Origin: Octopus vulgaris
Lineage: Eukaryota
Direction of reading: 5' to 3'
Assembly: GCA_951406725.2 (NCBI GenBank)
Contig: OX597824.1
Location: forward strand, 94,984,001 to 95,048,000
Length of the DNA: 64,000 nt
The position numbers were made by a program, and so were the translations under genes. The notes below the pieces were generated by a model. It ran no database searches, was not told the origin of the DNA, and was given only the letters and a program-made list of their open reading frames with translations. This document shows positions 13,051 through 25,900 of this stretch, piece after piece (within the stretch, counting starts at the first letter, position 1; the number at the start of each line of letters is the position of its first letter).

Positions 13051-13449
13051 GTTTGGTGTAAAGATTGTTTGCCAACATAACATGGCAGTCCTGGTTTAGG
13101 ACGAATGTTGTTGTAATTTAGCCCCAGGAGACATCGTCTACAGCTGGCTTTACAACACGATCTGTGTCCTTATGTTTTCGAACAAGGGAATCTAGCACCC
13201 CCACTCAGCTCAAAACAATATCTGTGTATCATGATTTCTGCATCATTTCCCTTCATCAGCACAGAATAATCGTTCAGCTAGAGGTGGCGCTACCAAATTC
13301 CCGTTCGAAATATATAGTTTGAAAATATAAGGACACAGATTGTGTTGTATAACCAGCTGGAGACTATGTCTCCTGGGGCTAAATTACAGCAACATTTGTC
13401 CTAAACCAGGACTGCCATGTTATGTTGGCATTTAATCTTAACTCCAAAG
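13051..13449. mobile_element. Fold-back (long inverted repeat) element, possibly TA-flanked
   Basis: 13070-13183 is near-complementary to 13318-13430. Weaker pairing continues inward (13176-13210 with 13276-13310) and outward to TA dinucleotides at 13049-50 and 13450-51. Confidence 0.75.
13221..13265 (-). ncRNA. Minimal type I hammerhead ribozyme motif at the apex of a fold-back element
   Basis: - strand reads tctgtg-CTGATGA-agggaaatgatgca-GAAA-TCATGA-TA|cacaga. Perfect 6 bp helix I, intact core, palindromic helix III (ATCATGAT), AUA triplet. Helix II is poorly paired. Confidence 0.6.
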
Positions 13450-14298
13450 TACTGTTGCTGAATATCTCTTGTTGTGAGATTTAAAAATAGTAATTTTCTA
13501 AAATACAGTTTGCTTCACCTATTGGCCATTGGGAACTCAGTTTAGCCATTGTTAATCTATTATTAGATGAAGGCCTCAACATACAGTTCTTGATGATTCA
13601 CTGTCACCTGTTGTAAAAGCTTGACGTGTGTGTGTCTGTGTTGTGCAGGAACAAATTGTGGTTACCTTCAACGTATCTAGGAGAGGAGGAATGACCCAAG
13701 TAACCAATGCCACCAGCATTGAAAACAAACATAAAAGGATGCTGATGCTGTGTCCACTTTGATTCAATAATTACATCTTTAGCATCAATTAACAGACCTG
13801 TTTGATCTGTATCTTTTGTGTGTCTGTAATTGTACAGATCTCTTTGCTCATGGTATCGTATCTTACCTAACAGTTAAAAATTACCATAAACGTTTACTGA
13901 TACAATTCACACAAAACGCTCTCAGTTCTACTCAATACCTGATAGCTCTCTTACGGTATTTCATCCTACCTATTTATAATTTCATATCTGCAGTCATCTG
14001 TTTTTATTCTCTCTCATCCATTCTCTTCCCATATGCTCTGGTTCACACACATTGTTATCTTATCTGTTTGTGTACGTAAACACTGACAGTTACAATACAG
14101 ACAACAATGGGAAAAACAAAAAAAATTAAATGAGTAATGACAATCTGTAACAGGAAGCTGCATTTTCATGCTAGAAATCTCTTAAGTTTGGAAGCTTTGG
14201 AATTTTATTGTTTTGATATCTTTTTGTTTAAAGTACCTGTATATCATAACAAATGAAGTACCATTAGTGATTACCTTTATCTTCGTATTGTAGGTTAA

Positions 14299-14520
14299 CC
14301 CTTTCGTTACCGTATTTATTTTGAGATGCTCTGTGTTTCTCTCAACGATTTTAGATATAACAAAGAATTTAGTACAATAGCTTAGTTATCATTAAGCTAG
14401 TGTTAGGAACATTAATTGTGACTAAGGTTTGGTGGAAGATTTTTATTCAGAACTTATGAAAAACAAGACATTTCTACTACAGAACCGGAGGCGGTTTCAG
14501 CCAGGTTGGTAGCGAAAGGG
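14299..14520. mobile_element. piggyBac-type MITE, family P1
   Basis: TIR CCCTTTCGTTACC...GGTAGCGAAAGGG with TTAA on both sides. Partial copies at ~15658-15744 and ~51255-51378. Confidence 0.88.
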
Positions 14521-14998
14521 TTAAAGGCAGTGGTGGTAGTGGTACTCTCTCATAGCCTTTTCTGTCCCTATAAGATTTGAAATCTGTGCTACAATCTAAC
14601 AGTGTTTATTACCAGTGGAAAGAGTATTAGTCCAAAATAGCATTCTGTATATCTTCCTTAATGTAGATATATACAGTTGAAAGCCACAAAACTGCGGTAT
14701 TCATCTTGAGAGTAAGAACCTTGTAGAGATGTATAATGCTGAAAAGCAGAGAGGTACAGCTGCAGCAGACAAAAAGTGCTCAGCAGTAAGCTGTGGAGTT
14801 ACTAAATCTAGATTTCTGCTTCTTTGAGCATCATTAGTAGTTTCTGCATGCTTTTCATCTTCTACTGATATAGTCTGTATTTCTTAACACCATGTGTCCA
14901 TACAAGACACTTTCTTGCGATGGATACTGCAGTTTTGTGACTTTCTACAATATATCCACATTGAGTAAGATCTATTTTTTAATTAAAATCTTCCACTA

Positions 14999-15383
14999 AG
15001 GCATAGGAGTGGCTGTGTGGTAAGTAGCTTGCTGACCAACCACTTGGTTCTGGGTTCAGTCCCACTACGTGGCATCTTGGGCAAGTGTCTTCTACTATAG
15101 CCTCAGGCCGACCAAGGCCTTGTGAGTGGATTTGGTAGGCGGAAACTGAAGGAAGCCCGTCGTATATATGTATATATATATATTTATGTGTATGTGTTTG
15201 TTTCCCCAACATCACTTGACATCTGATGTTGGTGTGTTTACATCCCCGTCACTTAACGGTTCGGCAAAAGAGACCGACAGAATAAGTACTAGGCTTACAA
15301 AGAATAAGTCCTGGGGTCGATTTGCTCGACTAAAGGCGGTGCTCCAGCATGGCCACAGTCAAATGACTAAAAAGAGTAAAGAG
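14999..15383 (+). mobile_element. SINE S1
   Basis: Full-length copy flanked by a ~112 bp direct repeat. Confidence 0.9.
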
Positions 15384-15744
15384 TCTGTATTTCTTAACAC
15401 CGTGTGTCCATACAAGACGCTTTCTCGCGATTAATACTACAGTTTTGTGCCTTTCTACAATATATCTACATTGAGTAAGATCTATTTTTTAATGATATAG
15501 TGCCCTTGTTGCTTATGATGCTGAACTGTCGCTCCTGCCTCATCGTCTTTGCCAGTGATATAGAACTGATGAAGGGTTGCAAACTGCTTATCTTAAGACA
15601 TATAGGGTTTGTGATTTGTATTGACTTGGGATGTTATATGTAAGTTAAATTTCTTAACCCTTTTGATACCAACTCGGCTGAAACAGCTTCTGGCCCTGTA
15701 GTACAAATATCTTCTTTTCATAAGTTTTGAATTAAAATCTTCCA

Positions 15745-16034
15745 AGGCGTAGGAGTGGCTGTGTGGTAAGTAGCATGCTTATGAACCACATGGTTCCAGT
15801 CTCAGTCCCACTGTGTGGCACCTTGGGCAAGTGTCTTCTACTATAGCCTCGGGCTGACCAAAGCCTTGTGAGTAGATTTGGTAGACGGAAACTGAAAGAA
15901 GCCCGTCGTATATATGTATGTATATATTATATATATATATTGTGTGTCTGTGTTTGTCACCCCAACATCGTTTGACAACCAATGCTGGTGTGTTTACATT
16001 CGGCAAAAGAGACTGATAGAATAAGTACTAGGCT
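15745..16034 (+). mobile_element. SINE S1, 3'-truncated, abutting a truncated P1 MITE
   Basis: Homology to S1. Confidence 0.85.
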
Positions 16035-17137
16035 ACTTGAATACATTTGCAATGTGTCTTTCTTCCAATCTTCATTGTACTATTCTTTTACTAGTTTTAG
16101 GCAACAGTCTGAAGCCATGCTGGGGGTATCCCCATAGTTTTTTATTTGTTGTTATTATTTGTTAATTTTTCTCTGTCTTCTTTCACGCAAGTCACTTACA
16201 TCTCTCCATTTAACTGTATCTACCTTTTGTAGTTATTTCTCTTATCACCCACATCATCTGTGCATCATCTGGCATGTATATATACCATTGACAAGAAACT
16301 GTAGAATTGTCTGAGATGAAATCTCTTCAAAGACTTCATTTAAAACACTGTATACATCAAGTCAAGATGAACGTTGGTCGCTGCAGTGACTCATGAGAAC
16401 GACAGATGTTATTTTGCCTTTGTTGAAGCTTGTCGATGCTGTGCACTCGATTCTCACCTGTTTAAATGAAATTCGTCTGTCATTCACGTGAGTCACTGCA
16501 GCAGTGATGTTTGTCTCACGCTGATGTATTTTGCATTTGTAACACAAGCCTATGAAGTGATTTTGGTGAGGGTTTCTTGGGCAGAAGTGGTATGAGATTG
16601 GCCAATTCCAAATCAGTACAGGCTACATCAGTAGGGGTAGAAAAGGCAAAGGGGTGAGAGCAGATTGTTGCCTGGAGGCTGGAGGGTGCTAATGAGCAAT
16701 TTCATGCCAACCAGTTGGATGGGGATTTTTTCTTTTATATATGTTGTATAGGATGTTTGGTATGTGTAACATTTGTGAAGGTGTGTGGCTTAATGATTAG
16801 GGTGTTCAGCTCACAATCATAAGGCCGTGAGTTCGATTCCCAGTGGTGCATCATGTCCTTGAGCAAGACACTTTATTTCATGTTACTTAAGTAACATGAA
16901 ATCTTATAAGTCATAGGACTCAAAATTTAAAAAAAGATGTCTTTGAGAATGCATTTGTTCTACCTGAGAAATCACCAGTGATGGTTGGGCCTAACATCTG
17001 TATTAACCTTGAGGTTTCTATTTGGATTTTGTTCATATTTGGGGAGGGTTATGATATGAATATCAACTTTACAGGGGTTTGTGGTATTATTTCTTGAAAC
17101 AAACTTATATTACTGCAGAACTTAAAAAAATAAACAC

Positions 17138-17512
17138 AGTAAGTAGCTTGTTTACCAACCACATGGTTCCGGGTTCAGTCCCACTGCATGGCACCTTGGG
17201 CAAGTGTCTTCTACTATAGCCTCGGGTCGACAAAAGCCTTGTGAGTGAATTTGGTAGACGGAAACTGAAAGAAGCCCATTGCATATATCATCATCATCAT
17301 CGTTTAGCGTCCGTTTTCCATGCTAGCATGGGTTGGACGGTTCCATATATATATATATATATATATATATATCATCATTATCGTTTATATATGTCTGTAT
17401 ATGTGTGTGTGTATGTATATATGTATGTGTCTGTGTTTGTCCCTCCCACCATTGCTTGACAACCGATGTTGGTGCGTTTATGTCCCTATGACTTAGCGGT
17501 TTAGCAAAAGCG
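17138..17512 (+). mobile_element. SINE S1 with an RTE-tail fragment inside its microsatellite
   Basis: S1 homology interrupted at ~17288-17345. Confidence 0.8.
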
Positions 17513-18288
17513 ACTCACCTTCCTTCTACCCTGAAATTGCTGGCCTTGTGCCCAAATTTGAAATTATTATTGTTATTCACATATATGTATATATATAGTC
17601 TTTACTTTCCTTAACAATCAGATCAAGCCACAACCACCACCATCATCACCATCACCATCATCATCTCTTGAGAGAGCAGTGTTTCTATTTACATACAAAG
17701 AAGTAGGTTTATTTAGAAATTATGCAGATATTTCTCTGTTTAAAGAATCTGGTTATTTGTCTTTATCTGGAGGTCATGTTTCTCTGTGGTAATCATTCCA
17801 TAATATGCATACTGGAATAACCTGTTTATTTCGAGCTTTCTATTAAATGCTAACCAGATGTAGGAACAAATGTCCTCTTTCACTGCTGTAGATTGGTGAT
17901 TCTTGTTTAATTAACCTTTATTTTTTACACCCATGTGGACACACTAGATATGCACACAAACACACTTATTACTCTCCCCCCTACACACACACACAATATG
18001 CTTTTATGGGTTTTTGACACCGAACCACAGTTGGAGAGAGAAAATATTAAAAGTTGATGGGGAACTGCAGACTTTGGTTAATATTCCTTCTGGCTGTTAA
18101 AATGAAATATTTTGTGATATTAAAATATTTACAGAGCACCATAAGATAAGATTTCTCACCCAGGAATTTATGAAAATGTCTTGTGTCAAAAAGGGTGGGT
18201 GGGTGCTGTGTGCAGTTACTCAACCTGCTAGACATAGCAACCAAATCTCTTTCAACTCTTACTGCTTGTAAAAAAATTAGCACTTTTA

Positions 18289-18760
18289 AATAATAATAAT
18301 GAAATTATTGTATACAGTGCTGAGGTGCACCACAACTTGTCAAAAGTGCGTATAAAGCATATGCAGTAATGTACAAATGTCTGGGAAGTGAACAGTGTAT
18401 GAGTCAGATACATGCTTGTATGTATGGAGGGGAGAAAAATCAGGTGTAGTATTGGCGAATCTCAGGAAGCATGGAAGTTTTGAAGGATGCAGTGCTCCGA
18501 CAACTAACAACTGATGCCAGCAGTTTGTTCCATGCTTCAGCAACACTTAGCATGAAAACATGTTTCCGAATGTCATGGAAGGAGCTGTGCTGTTTTCTGG
18601 TTTTGTAAACATGTCCACAGGTGTTAGACAGGTGGAGTTTGAAAAGAGGCTCAGAGTTATTGTTTGTAAGATGGTTAATAATTTTATGGATGTCTGCCAA
18701 GTCAGCTGCCAGACGTCAGAGTTTCAATGTGTCCATGCCCAGTAATGTAGTCATAGATAC
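18289..18760 (-). mobile_element. CR1/L2-group LINE 3' end
   Basis: HKII...LF...NTCGHVYKTRK...RKHVF...VAEAWNKL...VV...FK matches the CR1-type ORF2 C-terminus (TRGH.YKL...R..FF..RV...WN.LP..VV...FK); (ATT)n tail. Further pieces at 20305-20472, 21241-21297 and 44895-45145. Confidence 0.85.
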
Positions 18761-19270
18761 ACTGTATGTGAAACGAAAGACATGATGGGCATAGGTGGAA
18801 TGCTTTTTGATCATAGTTCTTCTTCATCAGGTTGTTTAACCCAAAGTTATATATAACAACTCGCAATTATGTAAATGTCTCTCTGGTCAGATTTTAAATG
18901 TGAAAAGTCATAACAAGGCTTTGGTTGATCTGAGGTGTTATGCAGTGTGATTGAACCAGTGACCACATTGTTTGGGAAGCAAGTCTCCCAAACATACACC
19001 TATGCCTGCATCTATTAAGTAAATGGTAAAAAGAAAAAAAAAACCAAAAGAAAAAATACACAACATTCTGGTCCAGGAAGAGTTGTTGATGATTTGCTGT
19101 ACCTGTTTGTGATTGGTGAACTGTGTGGAATGAACGGAATGAAGAGTACACAGATATACAAAAGAAAATCCTGTAGTATATTTGAACTCAAGACCCTTGT
19201 GTTATGATTGTATCATATTTACATAACCGCAATTTCCCCTTTACCCAATATAACATACTGAATGTATATA

Positions 19271-19652
19271 AGTGCAGGAGTGGCTGTGTGGTAAGTAGCT
19301 TGCTTACCAATGACATGGCTCCGGGTTCAGTCGCACTGTGTGGCACCTTGGGCAAGTGTCTTCCACTATAGCCTCGGGCCGACCAAAGCCTTGTGAGTGG
19401 ATTTGGTAGACGGAAACTGAAAGAAGCCCGTCGTGTATATATGTTTGTGTGTCTGTGTTTGTCTGCCCACCATCACTTAACATCCGATGCTGGCATGTTT
19501 ACATCCCCATAACTTAGCAGTTTGGCAAAAGAGACCAATAGAATAAGTACTAGGCTTGCAAAGAATGATTCCTAGAAACGATTTATTCAACTAAAAGTGG
19601 TGCTCCAGCATGGCCGCAGTCAAACGACTGAAACAAATAAAAGAGAAAAGAG
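19271..19652 (+). mobile_element. SINE S1
   Basis: Full-length copy. Confidence 0.88.
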
Positions 19653-20468
19653 CTTGTTACACACCAATTGTTGCCTTTTCACTTAACACAGAATTGGTAG
19701 TTTTATAAAAATCTCTCTCCCCCTCTCGCTCTCTCTTTGTATATAACTGTTTTGTGGGTTGGGTAAAATCCAAGCTGTGTCCTCTTGAAGCACATCTGCT
19801 TCTTCCAGTGTTACAGTCTGGTATGTAGTTGTAATTACGTGAGGTAAACCAGGAAGTTGGAAAATGTTTGCTGACTTCCTCTTTTAATGTGTGTATGTAT
19901 GCACGTATGTCATTGTTCAATTTTATTTCAAGATTTCCTGCCAAGAGAGAAAGAGCCGGTTTCTAACCTAGATCCAAGGCTCCTTCACTGGAATTTCAAT
20001 ATCAACTACAGTGTATTTTTGTTTGTGTGTATGTATGTGAAGGTGCATGGCTCAGTGGTTAGAGCATTGAACTTGTGATTGTGAGGTTGTGAGTTTGATT
20101 GCCGGACCATTTTTGATGTATGTATTTATGTATGTATCTCAGTTGTAGAATAGGTACACTGTGATCCTTTGTGTTGTAAGAGGGGACTAAAAGGGCTGGC
20201 ATCAAAAAGAAGATCCAGTGTAAAACACTGCTTCAGAGAACCTGTCCAACTCATGGTTACAGGAAAAAGTAAAACGATGATGATGATGATAATCATATAT
20301 ATATATATACAGTGCCCAGGTGCACCACAACTTGTCAAAAGTGCGTATAAAGCATATGCAGTAATGTACAAATGTCTGGGAAGCCAACAATGTATGAGTC
20401 AGATACATGCTTGCGTGTGTATGGAGGGGAGAAAATCAGGTGTAGTGTTGGTGAATCTCAGAAAGCAT

Positions 20469-20842
20469 GGAAGTGGCTGTGTGGTAAGTAGCTTGCTAAC
20501 CAACCACATGGTTCCAGGTTCAGTCCCACTGCGTGGCATCTTGGGCAAGTGTCTTCTGCTATAGCCCCGGGCCAACCAATGCCTTGTGAGTGGATTTTGT
20601 AGACGGAAACTGAAAGAAGCCTGTCGTATATATGTATATATATATATATATATATATGTAGTTTGTGTGTCTGTGTTTGTCCCCCTAGCATTGCTTGACA
20701 ACCGATGCTGGTGTGTTTATGTCCCTGTCACTTAGCGGTTCGGCAAAGGAGGCCGATAGAATAAGTACCGGGGGTCGATTTGCTCGACTAAAGGCAGTGC
20801 TCCAGCATGGCCGCAGTCAAGTGACTGAAACAAGTAAAAAAA
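20469..20842 (+). mobile_element. SINE S1 fused to a CR1 fragment
   Basis: S1 homology; inverted partner at 21085-21242. Confidence 0.88.
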
Positions 20843-20995
20843 ATATATATATAAGATATTCTATAATTATATACATAATTATAATAAGGGGTCAGCTAGA
20901 TGCCTCGCCACATACTGAATTAGAAATAGACACTAATGTCTTTTCTACCATAAAATCTCCAAGACAATAACACACTTTCAATGTAGGCAATGTAC

Positions 20996-21028
<33 letters not shown>

Positions 21029-21296
21029 TTTAACTTCTTTCCATGTTTCCAGCAACAACACTACATATATATATACATATATACAACAGGCTTCTTTCAG
21101 TTTCAGTCTACAAAATCCACTCACAAGGCATTGGTCGGCCCGGGGCTATAGCAGAAGACACTTGCCCAAAATGCCACACAGTGGGACTGAACCAGGAACC
21201 ATGTGGTTGGTTAGCAAGCTACTTACCACAGCCACTCCTGCACTGCATCCTTCAAAACTTCCATGCTTCCTGAGATTCACCAACACTACACCTGAT

Positions 21297-21329
<33 letters not shown>

Positions 21330-22672
21330 TATGTGGATAAGAAGCTCATTTTTCAGCCATATATATACCTTTTGAATTCATAATTCAATTGTTAATTGTA
21401 AAATGAATGAAGGTGGATACTGAAACGATCTTAGGCCTCATGTAATCAACAGGTATATAAATAAATTGATTTTGCTGTTTTCAGACTCTCCATTTTGTTT
21501 ATATTACACTACTATATTGGTGTGTGTGTGTGTGTGTGTGTGCAGGTGCCATTGTGTTTGTCTCTCACCTGTAACTTAGCAGTTTGGCAAAAGACATCAA
21601 TAAATTAAGTACTGAGGTCAATTAAATCTACAAAATGCTTCAAGGTGGTGCCTCAGCATGGCCACAGTCTAATGATAAAAACGAGTAAAAATACGAAAGA
21701 TAAAATTCTTTTTTCTTTTCTTTTTGTTGTTTTAAATAGAAAATTATCTCCTCTCTTAACTTTGTTTATAGTTAGAAATAAAAACAAAAAAACAAACCAT
21801 ACCTAACGAGGTTAAATAATGATAAGATGGCAAAATATTCATCTTTTAACTTCTTTCCATGTTTCCAGCAACAACACTATTTGTGTGGCTGACCGATAAG
21901 CTGTGTGATTATTTTGAAATTCTTCTAAGTTTGCTAACCAGATATTTTGAACCAGTGAGAGAGTCTCCATGCAGTCACTCAAGTTGCTAGAAATAGCAGT
22001 CAAGTCTGCTTCGAATCACACCTTGCTGCCTTAAAAATTGAAGGACACAGATAAATTCAAAAAACATGCTAAGACTGTTAACTTCACTCAAACATTTATT
22101 ATTTATTGTCAAAATTTTCATTGCACCAATTGCAACCTGGTCACTGGCATGGTTCTACTGAGTTGAAGTTAATAGTTTTTGTGCGTTTTCCAGAGTCTAA
22201 CGTGTCTTCCAGGATGCAACTGTATTTGTTTCCACACACTGTCTCAAATCAAACCACTTGCCTGAGACAATTACATCTCTTGTATTACTTAGTGCCTGGA
22301 CAAAAATAAGGAGAGAAAAGAGTGGGAACATCCTTGATTATATGCCTGCTGAATCTGTCCTGGGACTAAACAGCAACTAAAGTTCTTCTAAATAACATAT
22401 TTATTACACCATACATGACAACAATAATAATAATAATAATAATCTGACAAACTGTAAGCTCAAGATTTAATTAAAATGTTGGGTTTTTGAAGTGTTTTAT
22501 AGTTTGTATGCTGCATTATATCCCTAGATAAGACTCAATTTTTTTTTATCAGGATATTCAATTCAACATTGTTATTGATTAACTCCAAGTAAACTCTAAT
22601 TCTGCAGACCTGTGACCAAAAGCATTGTAGCCATGGTAATTTTTTTTTTTTCAGGAATTGTGAATCTGTATA

Positions 22673-22928
22673 TTCTGTTGTGTCTGGGGTGAGTCATTTT
22701 CTTTTTGTGCCTTATAATTTAACAAACTCACTGGTAAAATTTCCACTTATTTCTAATTTCTATTTTCCCAAAATTTTCGTTGCGTCTTGCAAACCTTTTC
22801 AATTTACCGGTGAGTGTATTAAATTATAAGGCCCAAAAAGAAAACGACTCTCCCCAAACACAACAGAATATGCTTCAACACACAAACTCATATAAAGAAT
22901 CTTGCAAACCGAATCCAAAAACGAAATA
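22673..22928. mobile_element. Fold-back insertion with ~68 bp inverted arms and ~12 bp TSD
   Basis: ~22670-22739 is inverted relative to ~22803-22871. Flanks are tgaatctgtata (22661-72) and tgaaactgtata (22929-40). Confidence 0.7.
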
Positions 22929-25900
22929 TGAAACTGTATAGTTTTTCCCTTTTTATGACAGTATGGCGTGGTTTGAAGGAGATTTGACTGTTATTTCTAG
23001 CAAGTGTAGTGACTGCATATCCAACAGGCCGACTTTATCATGTTGGCTAGGTTTGGCACAGTAGGCAGCAATGGCGCTGACAAATATCTGTAATACTGTG
23101 TTTAACTCCTAATATGACTAAGCTTATGATAGACTGGCATTGCTGTCTCTGTAGTTAAAATATCTCGTAATAACAGAGAAACTCCAGTACACTCTGCCTA
23201 ACAACAAAGGCCTGCTTCTCAGACACTGTTATTGTATTAAAAAAAAAATATGGGATGAAAGATTCTGCACAAATTAAGTTCATTCACCAGATCTCTCTAT
23301 CCCAGACCTATCAATGCCCCTAGCCAGCCCCACCACTGATCCTTTTCTCTGTTTGGTTGAACAAGAAGAAAGGGGTGAATGATTCATGCATCCTTCTTTA
23401 CTAAAATAGTTTGTGATTCCTTAATCAAATAAAAACAAAAAGATCAATATCTATTGATCTCTTCAGTCGGCTGGAGTTTGATTAAAAGCAATTTGTCCCT
23501 TTTACAAAACCAACATGTCGGTCGGTTCTCGAAGCCGGCGCTTAGCTTTCGTTGTCTGTTTAAAGTTAAACTGGTGCAAGGGAGCTACATACTCCCACCC
23601 TATAAAATGCTAATCTATTTTATCCTTTGCATGTTTCAGTCATTGGACAGCGACCATGCTGGGCGATGCTTTTACTCGTTAGCATTCAGATTCTGTCAAA
23701 TGCAACATTTATTTATTCACATTATTTTGAATTAATCATGGATTATCTCAAAGCTTCAAGATTAGGATGATGTGATTGTTTATTTTTAGAATGACATTGC
23801 ATGTTTAGCTTTCCATTGCTAGAATTTCATTAAAATAATAAAGTTCAACTCAAATTGAAAGGCTAGTGGTTGGCATTAGGAAGGGCATCCAGCTGTAGAA
23901 ATCTTGCCAAATCAGATTGGAGCCTGGTGCAGCCACCTGGCTTGCCAGTCCTCTGTCTGTTGTGCGTATGTTATGGTTTTCTTGCCTTGACAGCTCTTGA
24001 TAGATGTAAGTGCATTTCGTCGTCATGCAAGTGTGGTGTTATTCATTTTTGATCTTTTGTGAAAACGTGTGTGGTCATGGAGGAAATATTACCTTGATTG
24101 GAAACAGGAGAGGGTTGGTGACAGGAAGGGTATCCAGCTGTAGAAAATTCACCTCAATTAATTCTATCTGAACCATGCTATCATGGCAAAGCAGATGTGA
24201 AAATGATGATGGTGATGTAGCTGAGATTTGGCACTTAAGAATTATTCTCAAACATTTAGTTAGATGTGCTTGAAAAGACACTTCAAGCTAAGTAAAAGCA
24301 TGCTTGCCCTTGCATACAGGCTTGTCCCTTGCAACCCTCTCCAGCTGAGTATCCATAATCTTGCGGGCTCGTAAGTGCTGGTGCCACATAAAAAGCATCT
24401 GTACATTTGAGCGAGGTCGTTGCCAGTACCGCCTGACTGGCCCCTGTGCCGGTGGCACGTAAAAGCACCCACTACACTCTCAGAGTGGTTGGTGTTAGGA
24501 AGGGCATCCAGCTGTAGAAAGTCTGCCAGATCAAGATTGGAGCCTGGTGTGGCCGTCTGGTTGGCCAGCCCTCATTCAAAATCGTCCAACCCATGCTAGC
24601 ATGGAAAGCGGACGTTAAACGATGACGATGATGACTGGTGCTGTGTAAAAGCACCGAGTTCACTCTGTAAAGTAGATGGTGTTTGGAAGGGCGTCCAGCC
24701 ATAGAGACCATGCCAAAACAGACATGGACCCTTAAACTGGTCAGCTTCTGTCCAACCCATCCCAGCATGGAAAACGGACAACATAATGACGTAATACTCC
24801 TTCCTCCTAATCAAAAATGGCTTCAGAAGGACTAATTTTCTATTAATTAGGGACAGGTGTTGTTTTAATCATTGAGCCTTTTTATCACTTACCTGAACTT
24901 TATCTCTGTGACCTATTGCGGTTGATCAGACATTTATGTGGCAGACAGCTATTTCAAGGGCAAGTTATCTTTGCAGAACCACTTACCAGGAGACGTTTGA
25001 CCTTGGCACAGAAAACTTAACAAAACACTGGTCGGTTTTACTATGCTCCTACTATTGACTAAAGCGACTTCTGGTACTTATTTACAGCTTGGTCAGTTGG
25101 TAAGAGACCAAGTACAAGGATTACCAACTTAGTTTTTTGTCACTTATGAAAGCTTATGAAATTTAGACACATTGTCAGATATATTTGAGTTCAAATTGTC
25201 TTAGTTTTGTAATTCCTGAAGTTTAAGGGGTTAACATCAGTAGCATAGGTGGAGTGGGGTGGGGGAGAGAGGGACAATCTGCTCTGGGCAATGCTTTGAT
25301 GGGAGAGACACATTTTGGGTCTGTTGCATAAGCTTGCGTAGGGGTGGCGACTTGAGAGGGGAAGCAGCTGAAAGGCTACCACTCCGAGAGTGTAGTGGGT
25401 GCTTTTTACGTGCCACCGGCACGAGGGCCAGTCAGGTGGTACTGGCAATGGCCACACTCAAATGGTGCTTTTTATGTGCCACCTGCACAGGAGCCAGTCC
25501 AGCGGCACTGGCAACGACCTCGCTTGAATGTTTTTTCACGTGCCACCAGCACAAGTGCCAGTAAGGCAACATATATATATATATATATGTATGTATTTGT
25601 GTGTCTGTGTTTGTCTCCCTAGCATTGCTTGACAACCGATGTTGGTTAGCGGTTCGGCAAAAAGAGACCGATAGAATAAGTACTGGGCTTACAAAGAATA
25701 AGTCCAGGGGTCGATTTGCTCGACTAAAGGCGGTGCTCCAGCATGGCCACAGTCAAATGACTGAAACAAATAAAAGAGTAAAAGAGTATATATATATATA
25801 TACACACACTCGCACACACACTCACACACATACACACTTTTGCATACACATATGCACATATATATAATGGTCTCACCAGATTTTGCTTTGTTAGTTTGCC

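Noticed and set aside
23440-23468. CTGAAGA followed by a perfect hairpin on the - strand
   Set aside because: No GAAA after the hairpin, so not a hammerhead.
23515-23570. CAACATG-initiated MSVGSRSRRLAFVVCL(K) as another phase-2 first exon
   Set aside because: The frame is compatible but the donor AA|gttaaa is poor; unsupported without RNA data.
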